Numbered from the stretch's first letter, positions 29,204 to 39,271 are shown. The stretch: DNA of 64,000 nt from Paludibacteraceae bacterium (GCA_045613525.1 JAZLBE010000038.1:22975-86974); one strand, 5' to 3'. The notes: generated by a model not told the origin, from the sequence alone. Program-made: numbers and translations.

Positions 29204-30766
29204 ATGCTCGCGCATTTACATATACGAAATTATGCTCTGATATCTCACCTTGATATTGATTTTCAAGGTGGTTTTGCTGTTTTGACAGGTGAGACAGGCG
29301 CTGGTAAAAGTATTATTTTAGGAGCACTCAATCTCGTGATGGGTGCTCGTGCAGATACCAAAACCATTACAGAGGGTGAAGATAAGTGCGTGATTGAAGC
29401 TACCTTTCTACACGATGAGCCGATAACTTTATTTGGAAGTGATATAAGGGAACTTATCATTCGTCGTGAACTCAATCAGAATGGTCGCTCACGTTCTTTT
29501 GTAAATGACGAGGTTGTGACGCAATCCGAGTTGAAGGCATTGGCAAAACATCTGATAGATATTCACTCTCAACACGAAAGTCTTCTTATTGGTGAAGATC
29601 ATTTTCAGATCCAGGTTGTGGATGCAATCGCTAACAATCATAATGAACGTTCGCTTTATTCTACTTGCTATCATGATTTTCGTCAAGCTGATAGTGCCTT
29701 GCGTGAGGCACAGGAGATGGCGCGCAAAGCTCAGGCTGATGCAGACTATTTGCAATGGCAGTACCAGCAGTTAGAGGATGCACAATTGGTAGAAGGCGAG
29801 TTATTATTGCTCGAAGAAGAGGAATATGTGCTTTCACATGCTGAGGATATTAAGTTGACTCTACAACAAGCTATCCTAAATATTGATGGGGATAATAGTG
29901 GCGCCTTATCTATGCTTCGTTCAGTTCGTTTAGATAGTGCTTCTGCAGAGCTAGCTGAGCGAATCAATAGCATAGTGATTGAGTTAGAAGATATACAACA
30001 CGATGTGCAACGCTTGTTTGATCGAACTGAGATGGATCCAGCACGATTAGCAGAGGTGCAAGAGCGCATTAGCATGCTGCAAACGCTCATGAAGAAGCAT
30101 CGAGTAACCTCCCTTGAAGAGTTGATTACTCTAAGAGATGAGTTTGCGCAACAGGTGCAGCGTATCGCTAATATGGATGAGGAGATCGAACATAAGCAAC
30201 AGGTTCGAGCATTGGCTCTGTCGGCTCTAGAGCAGGCAGCTGATAGACTCACAGTTACAAGACAAAATGTGTGTGAGAAAATCTCTACTCATTTGATTGT
30301 TGATATGAAGAAATTGGGCGTTGCACATGCCAATGTGGCTATTGATATTCAAAGAGCTGAGGATTTTAGTGAGACAGGGCGTGACAATGTACAGTTCCTA
30401 TTTGCTGCCAACTTGAATCAATCATTGCGTCCAGTGGCTGATGTTGCTTCCGGTGGTGAAATTAGTCGTTTGATGCTATGTATAAAATCTTTGGTTGCCT
30501 CTGTTAATGGTTTGCCAACCATCATCTTTGATGAAATTGATACGGGTGTTAGTGGAGAGATTGCTAGCCAAATGGGTGATATCATGCGCCAGATTGCACA
30601 AGTAAGACAGGTTATTGCCATTACACACTTGCCACAAGTGGCTGCTAAAACAGAGCAACATTACCTCGTATATAAGCAAGATACTGACCTTCGAACTGAA
30701 ACGCATATTCGTTTGCTTTCGAAGGAGGAACATACGGCTGAAATTGAAAAAATGCGAAAGATTTAA
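29204..30766 (+). CDS. recN: DNA repair protein RecN
   Basis: Walker A (GETGAGKSI), a long coiled-coil middle, an SMC signature (SGGEISR) and Walker B (IIFDEIDTG) are present. I place the start at MLAHLHIRNY..., downstream of the promoter box. Confidence 0.93.
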   Translation: MLAHLHIRNYALISHLDIDFQGGFAVLTGETGAGKSIILGALNLVMGARADTKTITEGEDKCVIEATFLHDEPITLFGSDIRELIIRRELNQNGRSRSFVNDEVVTQSELKALAKHLIDIHSQHESLLIGEDHFQIQVVDAIANNHNERSLYSTCYHDFRQADSALREAQEMARKAQADADYLQWQYQQLEDAQLVEGELLLLEEEEYVLSHAEDIKLTLQQAILNIDGDNSGALSMLRSVRLDSASAELAERINSIVIELEDIQHDVQRLFDRTEMDPARLAEVQERISMLQTLMKKHRVTSLEELITLRDEFAQQVQRIANMDEEIEHKQQVRALALSALEQAADRLTVTRQNVCEKISTHLIVDMKKLGVAHANVAIDIQRAEDFSETGRDNVQFLFAANLNQSLRPVADVASGGEISRLMLCIKSLVASVNGLPTIIFDEIDTGVSGEIASQMGDIMRQIAQVRQVIAITHLPQVAAKTEQHYLVYKQDTDLRTETHIRLLSKEEHTAEIEKMRKI

Positions 30767-30775
30767 CACTAAAAG

Positions 30776-32059
30776 ATGTTACCATTAGCTGAAAGATTGC
30801 GTCCCAAGACGCTCAACGAATACATAGGACAACAACACCTTGTTGGAGAAGGAGCAATCCTACGCCAGATGATTGAGCGTGGTACGCTTTCATCCTTTAT
30901 TTTGTGGGGACCTCCTGGTGTGGGTAAAACCACTTTGGCTCGTATTATAGCAAGGCAATTAGAACGCCCATTTTATACCTTGTCTGCTATTACGGGTGGT
31001 GTCAAGGATGTACGTGATGTAATTGACAAAGCCAAACGCCATCGTGCTATGCAAAGTGGTGTTTTTGCCTCTGAATCAGGATCTGCACCAGCAGTATTGT
31101 TCATTGATGAGATTCATCGTTTCTCCAAGTCTCAACAAGATAGTTTGCTTGGCGCTGTGGAAGATGGAACGATCACACTCATTGGTGCAACAACAGAGAA
31201 TCCTTCTTTTGAAGTTATTACGCCATTGTTGAGTCGATGTCAGGTGTATGTACTTAAACATTTGGGCAAAGAGGATTTACTTCAATTGCTGAATAGAGCT
31301 TTGACCCAAGATGAGTATATCAGAAGTTTGAACATAGAACTCAAAGAGACCGAAAGTGTCCTTCGTTATTCTGGCGGAGATGCACGTAAGTTGCTCAATA
31401 TCATAGAACTTGTGGTTAATTCTGGTGTGCGTGTTATTGATAACGATGTTGTTACCAAGCAGTTACAACAAAACCCAGTTGCTTACGACAAAGATGGTGA
31501 ACTGCACTATGATATTATTTCTGCTTTTATCAAGTCAATTCGTGGAAGTGACCCCGATGCTGCTCTCTACTGGCTTGCTCGTATGATTGCTGCGGGAGAA
31601 GATCCTAAGTTTATTGCACGACGTCTAGTCATATCGGCAAGCGAGGATATAGGACTCGCCAATCCCAATGCTATGCTAGTAGCTAATGCTTGTTTTGATA
31701 CATTGCAAAAGATAGGATGGCCTGAAGGCAGAATTCCTCTTGCTATGGCTACTGTTTATTTAGCAACGTCGCAGAAATCCAATTCTGCGTATTTAGCAAT
31801 CAACCAGGCGCTCAAATTAGTTGAACAAACAGGTAATCAGCCTGTGCCATTGCATCTACGTAATGCACCTACACAACTGATGGATGAACTTGGATATGGT
31901 CAAGGATATCAATATGCACATGATTTTCCTAATCATTTTGTGAAACAACAGTTTATGCCAGATGAACTGCAAGGAACTCGTCTATGGTATGCGCAGGGTA
32001 GTCCACAAGAACAGAAAATGGCCGAATGGATGAAGTTCCTTTGGCAGAACAAGGAGTAG
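30776..32059 (+). CDS. rarA: Replication-associated recombination protein A (MgsA/RarA AAA+ ATPase)
   Basis: GPPGVGKTT and FIDEIHRF are present, together with a C-terminal MgsA region (SDPDAALYWLARM...GEDP). Confidence 0.93.
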   Translation: MLPLAERLRPKTLNEYIGQQHLVGEGAILRQMIERGTLSSFILWGPPGVGKTTLARIIARQLERPFYTLSAITGGVKDVRDVIDKAKRHRAMQSGVFASESGSAPAVLFIDEIHRFSKSQQDSLLGAVEDGTITLIGATTENPSFEVITPLLSRCQVYVLKHLGKEDLLQLLNRALTQDEYIRSLNIELKETESVLRYSGGDARKLLNIIELVVNSGVRVIDNDVVTKQLQQNPVAYDKDGELHYDIISAFIKSIRGSDPDAALYWLARMIAAGEDPKFIARRLVISASEDIGLANPNAMLVANACFDTLQKIGWPEGRIPLAMATVYLATSQKSNSAYLAINQALKLVEQTGNQPVPLHLRNAPTQLMDELGYGQGYQYAHDFPNHFVKQQFMPDELQGTRLWYAQGSPQEQKMAEWMKFLWQNKE

Positions 32060-32127
32060 ATTTTATTTAACGACTATATACGGCACCTATACTTATGGTT
32101 AGTGGGTGCACTAAATTAGAGAATTAA

Positions 32128-33111
32128 TTGTTTATGCAAAATTTTGCCCTTATTGGCGCTGCGGGTTACATTGCGCCACGACACATCAAAGCCATTGCAG
32201 ATACTGGTAACAACCTGATGGTGGCTTATGACAAGTTTGATTCGGTTGGACGATTGGATGCTAGTTTTCCTGATTGTTCCTTCTTTACCGAAAATGAGCA
32301 GTTCGATCGTTTTTGCTCCAAGCAAATGAGAACCAACAATCCATTGTCTTGGATTAGTATTTGTACCCCTAATTATACCCACGATGCTTTTATTCGTTAT
32401 GGCTTGCGATTGGGTTGCAATGTGATTTGCGAAAAACCACTTGTGCTTAATCCTTACAATATTGATAATCTTGTCGAATTGGAACAGGAGACTGGACATC
32501 AGGCTTATACGATTTTGCAACTGCGTTTGCATGATAAGATTGCTGCACTGCGTGAGAAAGTCCAAAATGGTCCAAAAGATAAGATTTATGATGTAGATTT
32601 GACTTATATCACTAGCCGTGGTAAATGGTACTATAGTTCATGGAAAGGCGATGTGCATAAATCGGGAGGTATTGCCACCAATATTGGTGTTCATTTCTAT
32701 GATATGCTGCAATGGATTTTTGGTCCAGTTAAACAGAATATTGTACATGTGATGTCTTTTGATCGTGTAGCAGGTTATCTAGAATTGGAGCGCGCTAGAG
32801 TGCGCTATTTCCTCAGTATCAATGCGGAATGTTTGCCTGCCAACGCGGTTCAAGGCGAGAAGAAGACCTATCGTACGCTCTGTATTGATGGCGAAGAGTT
32901 TGAGTTTAGTGAAGGTTTTACAGAGTTGCATACCGAGAGCTATAGGCAGATTCTGTCTGGCAACGGTTTCCGTATATCCGAAGCTCGTGCGTGTACAGAG
33001 ATTGTAAGTACCATACGTCGTGCTCAGCCTATCGGATTGATAGGTGATTATCACCCATTAGCTAAGTTGCCTCTTGCTCCACATCCATTTGGTTGGGATG
33101 AGAAGAGATAA
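32128..33111 (+). CDS. Gfo/Idh/MocA-family sugar-nucleotide oxidoreductase (WbpB-like)
   Basis: It has an N-terminal Rossmann motif (LIGAAGYIAPRHI) and an EKP motif. It lies at the head of a polysaccharide export cluster. Confidence 0.78.
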   Translation: MFMQNFALIGAAGYIAPRHIKAIADTGNNLMVAYDKFDSVGRLDASFPDCSFFTENEQFDRFCSKQMRTNNPLSWISICTPNYTHDAFIRYGLRLGCNVICEKPLVLNPYNIDNLVELEQETGHQAYTILQLRLHDKIAALREKVQNGPKDKIYDVDLTYITSRGKWYYSSWKGDVHKSGGIATNIGVHFYDMLQWIFGPVKQNIVHVMSFDRVAGYLELERARVRYFLSINAECLPANAVQGEKKTYRTLCIDGEEFEFSEGFTELHTESYRQILSGNGFRISEARACTEIVSTIRRAQPIGLIGDYHPLAKLPLAPHPFGWDEKR

Positions 33112-33121
33112 TACGATAAAA

Positions 33122-33970
33122 ATGCTTATGAAAAAAATATTGATATTTCTATTACCCCTTTTGCTCGCATCATGTGTGACTAGCAAGAAGGTTAATCTTA
33201 TGCAAGAGCCAGGCAAACATGGCATTCCTGCGTATGCAGATACTTTGACATACGAGGATTATCAAGTACGTGTAGGAGATCGCCTCTATGTATATGTATA
33301 TGCCATTGATGAGCGTGTTAGCAAAATGTTTAATCCTTCGGGTACTGGTGTTAATAGTTCGCAGATACGCCAAGGTTCATCTGTTGGTGGTTCTTATGAC
33401 CTTTATACCTACTTGGTTCTCGAAGATGGATCAATCGATTATCCTATGGTTGGACGATTGCCAGTTCGCGGTAAAACAACCCGAGAAATCAAGACAGATT
33501 TGGAGCGCGAATTATCAACGTATGTATCAGGCTATGGTGACTATCAGATGCTGTCTGTTGAGGTAAATATTGTACGTCGTTCATTTAGTGTGATCAGCGA
33601 TCAAGGTAGTGGTACCTTTACCATTCCAAAGGAGAAGGTAACTATTTTTGAAGCACTTGCTATGGCGGGAGATATTGGTGACTTTGGTGATCGTAGCAAA
33701 GTGCGTATTGTTCGTGAGATTGAAGGACAAACACAAGTTAAAATCTTTGATGTTCGTTCCAAGGATATCATCAATTCCGAATTCTATTACATAGAGCCTA
33801 ACGATGTGATATACATACAACGCATCAAAGGACAAAGTTTTGGTGTTAACTCTGTCACTACTTCAATTAGTGTGGTAGCCACAACCTTAGCATTTGGAGG
33901 TTTTGTATATGGCTTGGTGGCACGAGTTATCAATGCAGTTGAAAAGAATACTAACGGGGATAGCGAATGA
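33122..33970 (+). CDS. Polysaccharide export outer-membrane lipoprotein (Wza/BexD/CtrA family), paralog 1
   Basis: It has a lipobox (LLASC), a Poly_export motif (YQVRVGDRLYV), an SLBB-like segment and a C-terminal hydrophobic helix. I place the start at MLMKKIL.... Confidence 0.85.
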   Translation: MLMKKILIFLLPLLLASCVTSKKVNLMQEPGKHGIPAYADTLTYEDYQVRVGDRLYVYVYAIDERVSKMFNPSGTGVNSSQIRQGSSVGGSYDLYTYLVLEDGSIDYPMVGRLPVRGKTTREIKTDLERELSTYVSGYGDYQMLSVEVNIVRRSFSVISDQGSGTFTIPKEKVTIFEALAMAGDIGDFGDRSKVRIVREIEGQTQVKIFDVRSKDIINSEFYYIEPNDVIYIQRIKGQSFGVNSVTTSISVVATTLAFGGFVYGLVARVINAVEKNTNGDSE

Positions 33971-34728
33971 TTGATATGAAATACATATATAAATTTTTAC
34001 TCTTTCTTGTAGCTATAACAATGACTAGTTGCTATGGCTATCGTCAGGTGGGATTATTACAAGAACGTGATAATCTTCCTCAATATGATTCAGCAGCCTA
34101 TGAACCATATCGTCTACAGGTTAACGACGAGGTCATATATCGTGTGGTGACAATGGACGAAACGATTGCTAAGACACTTGCTGCTAATACGAATAGTGCT
34201 GGACAGTATGCCAATTCATACCGTATTTATTCTGACGGTACAGTAGATATTCCATTCCTACCTCCTGTTAAGTTGGAAGGTCTAACTGAACTCGAAGCTC
34301 AAGATACATTGCGGAATGCTTTTAGAGAGATTATTCCAGATGCAGATGTCAAGTTGGCATTGTATAATAAGAAGTTTACAGTTTTAGGTGATGCTAATTC
34401 TGGTACTTATACCATCTATAAAGAGCGAATGACTATTTTCCAAGCTCTTGCTATGACAGGAGACTTAATGAACTCAGGTGACCGTCGTCATGTTCGTATC
34501 ATTCGTCCTCGTGGAAATGAGGAACCAGAAGTCCTTGAATTTGACATTCGAACCAATACCATCATTGATTCCAAATACTACTATGTCTATCCTAATGACC
34601 TAATCTATGTTAGTCGTGATAGCGGTAGTTTCTATAAGCAATCTAGTTACAGTGGTTTCCTTGCATTGATTACAAGCTCTGTTTCCTTGTTAATTACAGT
34701 TTTGAATTACATCCCAGGCATCTGGTAA
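33967..34728 (+). CDS. Polysaccharide export outer-membrane lipoprotein (Wza/BexD/CtrA family), paralog 2
   Basis: It has a lipobox (MTSC), a Poly_export motif (YRLQVNDEVIY), an SLBB-like segment and a C-terminal hydrophobic helix. It overlaps paralog 1 by 4 nt. Confidence 0.85.
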   Translation: MIDMKYIYKFLLFLVAITMTSCYGYRQVGLLQERDNLPQYDSAAYEPYRLQVNDEVIYRVVTMDETIAKTLAANTNSAGQYANSYRIYSDGTVDIPFLPPVKLEGLTELEAQDTLRNAFREIIPDADVKLALYNKKFTVLGDANSGTYTIYKERMTIFQALAMTGDLMNSGDRRHVRIIRPRGNEEPEVLEFDIRTNTIIDSKYYYVYPNDLIYVSRDSGSFYKQSSYSGFLALITSSVSLLITVLNYIPGIW

Positions 34729-34756
34729 TACATACGAATTATTAAAACACAATTAT

Positions 34757-37246
34757 ATGGCACAAGAAGAAATGCTGCAGAATGGCGTGATGCCAATTGA
34801 AGAAGAGAATTCCAATTTTGATTTAATGGAGTGGGTGGTTCGTATACTCAGCCACTGGTATTTATTTGTAATTGCTGCCGCAATTGCCCTATCACTAGCC
34901 TATCTTAAGAACAAACGCGTCATAGAGCGCTATCTAACTACTGGTACTATGATTATCAAGGAATCTAGTGGTACTGGCTATGGATCTGCATCTATTATGC
35001 AAGGATTTGGTGTAGGAGCCGGCTATACGAACGTCAATAACCAACTTATCATTTTAGGTAGTTATGACTTGATTGCTCGTACGGTAGACTCCCTTCCTTT
35101 TATGAATGTGGAGTATATTACGAAAGGACGTTTCAAAACCCGTAATATCTATCGTAATAGTCCTATTTCAGTCGAGTTTACACATCTAGAACCATCGGCA
35201 TATCACCATCTTTTCCGTTGCCAGGTGCAAGAGGATGGCTCCTTGTTGGTTACCAATGCTAATGAGGATATCCCATTCAATTATAACATACAATATGGTG
35301 AAGAGTTGCAGACTTCGCTATTCACAGCGCGTATCTGGCCTACAAGTATAATGATGCGCCCTGGTCAACACATCTATTTCCGTTTCCGTTCTCGCGAGAG
35401 TCTTACGGACGAATTTTCAGGACGCTTGCAACTTAATTTTGTAACTGAGCGCAGTACGGTCTTGGGTATCCAATTGGTGGGCGAAACACCAGAACGCGAT
35501 CGTGACTTCATTGATAAGTTATGCGAGATATACCTCCTCCAAAACGTAGAGCGTAAAAATATGGTGGCAGAGAAGTCTATTGCATTCATTAATGAGCAAT
35601 TGGAGGTGCTTCAAAAGAGTTTGACTAAGAGCGAGGGCGCTATGACCGATTTCCGTCAGGAGAATAAGTTCGTAGATGTCAACTCATATGCTGGTGGATT
35701 GATGTCTAAGGCTAGTCAATATGATCAACAGCAGATGGCTCTTCGTCTCAAAGAAACATATCTCGAATATCTATCTAATTATTTAGGACAGAAAATAGAG
35801 CAGGGAGCTGTCATCGCTCCTTCTACATTGGGACTAAACGAACCAATGCTCATGCAGCTTGTCCAACAACTCAATGACTTGCAGATACAACGTGGTGAAT
35901 TGAGCGAAAAGAATGTCTTCTATGCTAAATATACTACAGATATTGAAAACGTAAAATCAGCAATATCTGAGATTGTACAATCAATGTCTATCTCACTAGA
36001 GATCGAGAAAAAGGACCTATCTGATCGTATGCGTGAAGTAGAGCGTGAGATTCGTTCTCTGCCAGAGAAGGAGTTACAAATGGTAGCTATCGAACGTAAC
36101 TATCGTATTGACGATAACTACTATACTTTCTTTCTACAAAAACGAGCTGAATCAGAGATTCAGAAAGCGGGTAACACACCCGATAGCGAAATCATGGACC
36201 GTGCGCGTACTACCTATGCTATGAATAGCAAGGAAAAACGCAAAAACACAATCTCATATCTTGCTTTTGGTCTACTCATACCATTGCTCTTGCTTATTCT
36301 ATCTGAGTTGTTAAATAATAAGGTTCGTACTCTCAAAGAAGCTGAGAGACTAACAGTATTTGACGTTCTTGGTATGTTGCGACACGTTAAATCCCAAGAT
36401 CCTACATATGCTCGCAAGAAACCTAGATCTAGTTATGCAGAGATGTTGCGTAATATTCGTATGCGTATTGAGTTCAAGGTTATGCGCAAGACCAATATTA
36501 CAGTAGCTGTTACCTCTACACAATCTGGCGATGGTAAAACTTATATCAGTACCAACCTTGCATCCTTGTACTCCATGACAGGACATCCTACCTTGTTGAT
36601 AGATATGGATATCCGAAAACCTGACGTGCATGAGAAACTTGGTGTGCCAGCTCCACTAGGTGTAACCAACTACTTGATTGGAGATTGTGAGCTAGATGAT
36701 ATCATCATTCGTAACGAGGAACTGGGCTTCCATGTAATTGGTGCGGGTACAATCCCACCTAACCCAGGCGAATTGATTCGTTGTGAGAAATTATCTGAGA
36801 TGCTCGCCGAGCTACGCCAACGTTATACCTATATCATTATTGACTCTTCTCCTGTTGGTATTGTACCAGATGCTATGGCTCTCATTGAGCAAACAGATAT
36901 CACACTCTATGTACTGCGTTGTATGTCTACTGACAAGCGTTTTGCAAAACAAACATTGGATAATATTGCACAATACCACAAGGACAAAGTTAATTTGATT
37001 TTGTCTGATATACCAACTGGCAAGTCAGGAAGAAAATACGGTTATGGCTATGGATCTAAATATGGCTATGGTTACGGCTACGGTTATGGCTATGGTTATG
37101 GCTATGGTTACGGCTACGGCTATGGATCTAGCTATGGCTATGGTGGCAAAAAGCAAAAAGGTCGCTATGGTTTTGACTATATCCGCACCAAGATTACCAA
37201 AAAATCTGCTTCTACTCCATATCAATACATCGAAGACGACGAATAA
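34757..37246 (+). CDS. Polysaccharide co-polymerase / tyrosine autokinase (Wzc-like BY-kinase)
   Basis: A Wzz-like periplasmic domain lies between two TM helices. The kinase motifs are Walker A (TSTQSGDGKTY), Walker A' (LLIDMDIRKP) and Walker B (IIIDSSPV). The C-terminal tail is Tyr-rich. Confidence 0.9.
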   Translation: MAQEEMLQNGVMPIEEENSNFDLMEWVVRILSHWYLFVIAAAIALSLAYLKNKRVIERYLTTGTMIIKESSGTGYGSASIMQGFGVGAGYTNVNNQLIILGSYDLIARTVDSLPFMNVEYITKGRFKTRNIYRNSPISVEFTHLEPSAYHHLFRCQVQEDGSLLVTNANEDIPFNYNIQYGEELQTSLFTARIWPTSIMMRPGQHIYFRFRSRESLTDEFSGRLQLNFVTERSTVLGIQLVGETPERDRDFIDKLCEIYLLQNVERKNMVAEKSIAFINEQLEVLQKSLTKSEGAMTDFRQENKFVDVNSYAGGLMSKASQYDQQQMALRLKETYLEYLSNYLGQKIEQGAVIAPSTLGLNEPMLMQLVQQLNDLQIQRGELSEKNVFYAKYTTDIENVKSAISEIVQSMSISLEIEKKDLSDRMREVEREIRSLPEKELQMVAIERNYRIDDNYYTFFLQKRAESEIQKAGNTPDSEIMDRARTTYAMNSKEKRKNTISYLAFGLLIPLLLLILSELLNNKVRTLKEAERLTVFDVLGMLRHVKSQDPTYARKKPRSSYAEMLRNIRMRIEFKVMRKTNITVAVTSTQSGDGKTYISTNLASLYSMTGHPTLLIDMDIRKPDVHEKLGVPAPLGVTNYLIGDCELDDIIIRNEELGFHVIGAGTIPPNPGELIRCEKLSEMLAELRQRYTYIIIDSSPVGIVPDAMALIEQTDITLYVLRCMSTDKRFAKQTLDNIAQYHKDKVNLILSDIPTGKSGRKYGYGYGSKYGYGYGYGYGYGYGYGYGYGYGSSYGYGGKKQKGRYGFDYIRTKITKKSASTPYQYIEDDE
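37037..37147 (+). repeat. In-frame (TAY-GGN)n repeat encoding the YG-repeat tail of the BY-kinase
   Basis: My codon-by-codon reading gives YG x3, SK, YG x11, SS, YG x2. That is 16 Tyr in about 37 codons, with synonymous codons alternating. Confidence 0.9.
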
Positions 37247-37258
37247 TATAATGCACAT

Positions 37259-38062
37259 ATGATGTTTATAGGTATCATACCGGCTCGCTACGCAAGTACC
37301 CGTTTCCCAGGTAAACCACTCGTTGATTTATGTGGAAAACCAATGATTCAGCGTGTATATGAGCAAGCTAGCCAAGTATTGGATGTGGTGATTGTTGCCA
37401 CCGATGACCAACAGATTTTCCAATGCGTTGAATCATTTGGAGGTCGAGTTATTATGACTTCTCCTGATCATCAGTGTGGTACCGATCGTGTGTATGAAGC
37501 ATACACTATCTATCGTGCTGAGAATAAGTTAGAGCTACCAGATAGCGATGTTGTTGTGGTTAATATACAAGGCGATGAACCTTTTATTCAGCCACAACAG
37601 GTTCAGTCGTTGATGGACTGTTTCCCAACTGAGATTGCTACACTAGTACATCCATTTACTAAACACGATACTTGGGAGGATTTGCAGAATCCTAATTATG
37701 TAAAGGTTGCTATTGCACGCCAGGATTATCCTCTTTCTCCCAATGTCATAGGTCGTGCCATGTATTTCTCTCGTAGTGTTATACCATACATGCGAGGAAT
37801 CGAGTATACACAATGGTTACAGGAAGGTTCCTACTTCCGCCATATAGGTATGTATGCATACAGAGCAGATGTACTCCAAATCATCACACAGCTTCCGCAA
37901 TCGCCACTTGAACGTACCGAGTCTCTTGAACAATTACGTTGGTTGGAGAATGGACTAACCATCCAAGTGGCTATGACAGAACATGCGTCTATCGGAATTG
38001 ATACACCTGCGGATTTAGAGAATGCTATCAGATTTTTAGAACAACAAGAATCCAATAAATAG
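37259..38062 (+). CDS. kdsB: 3-deoxy-manno-octulosonate cytidylyltransferase (CMP-KDO synthetase)
   Basis: The N-terminus IIPARYASTRFPGKPL and the motif NIQGDEP are present. Confidence 0.93.
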   Translation: MMFIGIIPARYASTRFPGKPLVDLCGKPMIQRVYEQASQVLDVVIVATDDQQIFQCVESFGGRVIMTSPDHQCGTDRVYEAYTIYRAENKLELPDSDVVVVNIQGDEPFIQPQQVQSLMDCFPTEIATLVHPFTKHDTWEDLQNPNYVKVAIARQDYPLSPNVIGRAMYFSRSVIPYMRGIEYTQWLQEGSYFRHIGMYAYRADVLQIITQLPQSPLERTESLEQLRWLENGLTIQVAMTEHASIGIDTPADLENAIRFLEQQESNK

Positions 38063-38063
38063 A

Positions 38064-38804
38064 ATGTCATTAAGTAAGTGGATATTAGGAACCTTAGGAT
38101 TTGTTCTTGGTGGACCAATTGGTACTCTCATTGGTGTATTTATAGCTTCACTTTTCGAACAAGGTGGTGATACTCACCAGGCTTCGACCAATCCTAATAC
38201 AAAACGTCATCGGACTGCTACCGCTGGAGATGTGCGTGTTTCGATGATTGTGTTGATGGCATATGTCATCAAGGCTGATGGACGTGTACTAAAATCAGAG
38301 ATCAATTATATCAAGCCATTTCTATTACGGAATTTTGGCGAGCAGGGTGCAAAACAAGCACTGTTATTGCTCAAGGAATTGCTCCAAAAGGATATTGATA
38401 TCAATGCTGTTACGCAGCAGATTAGTCAATATGTCAATTATTCTACGCGACTTGAACTTGTTCGCCTCCTCATAGAGATAGCTAATGCGGATGGTGAGAT
38501 ACATACACTAGAATTACAAGCAGTCAACCAAGTTGCTAGTAATTTACACATCCAGACAGTAGACTATCAGTCTATTCTGGCGCTCTATCAACGCCAAACA
38601 GATTCCAACTGGGCATATACAGCCTTGGAGATTGAACCTTCTGCGACGAACGAAGAAGTCAAGAAAGCTTATAGACGTATGGCTATGAAGTTCCATCCTG
38701 ACAAAGTAGCCAATGCTGGAGAAGAGATCCGCCAACAAGCTACCGAAAAGTTCCGTGGAATCAATGAGGCATACGAACATATCAAACAGCAACGAGGATT
38801 ATGA
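38064..38804 (+). CDS. DjlA-like co-chaperone (N-terminal TM helix, TerB-like domain, C-terminal J domain)
   Basis: The C-terminal J domain carries HPD (YRRMAMKFHPDK). The middle resembles a TerB-like helical domain, and the N-terminus is hydrophobic. Confidence 0.75.
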   Translation: MSLSKWILGTLGFVLGGPIGTLIGVFIASLFEQGGDTHQASTNPNTKRHRTATAGDVRVSMIVLMAYVIKADGRVLKSEINYIKPFLLRNFGEQGAKQALLLLKELLQKDIDINAVTQQISQYVNYSTRLELVRLLIEIANADGEIHTLELQAVNQVASNLHIQTVDYQSILALYQRQTDSNWAYTALEIEPSATNEEVKKAYRRMAMKFHPDKVANAGEEIRQQATEKFRGINEAYEHIKQQRGL

Positions 38805-39271
38805 AAATAACGCTACTAGTTGTCGGTAAAACTACCGATTCCCATATTGAAGCTTTGTTGCAAGAGTATCAAAAGCGTTTAGGACATTACATTTCTTTTT
38901 CCTTTAATGTCATTCCTGAACTCAAAAACACCAAGTCGCTTACGGCTGAACAACAGAAGTACCAAGAAGGCGAACTCATTCTGCGTGCTATTGCAGCTAA
39001 TGCTGATTTGATATTATTAGATGAAAGAGGCAAAGAATATCGTTCCATCGAATTTGCAGAATATTTGCAAAAGAAGATGCTATCTGGACGCGATGTAGTG
39101 TTTGTCGTTGGTGGACCTTATGGTTTTTCAGAAGCTGTTTACCAACGTGCTAATGGCAAGATCTCACTTAGCAAGATGACTTTTTCACACCAAATGGTAC
39201 GCTTGTTTTTTGTAGAACAAATTTATCGAGCTATGACCATTTTACGTGGCGAACCATATCATCATGAGTAA
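38801..39271 (+). CDS. rlmH: 23S rRNA (pseudouridine1915-N3)-methyltransferase
   Basis: It is a 156-aa SPOUT-type protein (VFVVGGPYGFS...LSLSKMTFSHQMVR). The start overlaps the upstream stop (ATGA). Confidence 0.92.
   Translation: MKITLLVVGKTTDSHIEALLQEYQKRLGHYISFSFNVIPELKNTKSLTAEQQKYQEGELILRAIAANADLILLDERGKEYRSIEFAEYLQKKMLSGRDVVFVVGGPYGFSEAVYQRANGKISLSKMTFSHQMVRLFFVEQIYRAMTILRGEPYHHE

Noticed and set aside
29746-30252. A 168-aa minus-strand ORF. Similar antisense ORFs occur at 42674-43225, 45989-46519, 32116-32565 and 5562-5987.
   Set aside because: Each lies inside a well-supported gene on the opposite strand (recN, GH13, aminotransferase, oxidoreductase, Na/Pi transporter). None has a recognisable feature.
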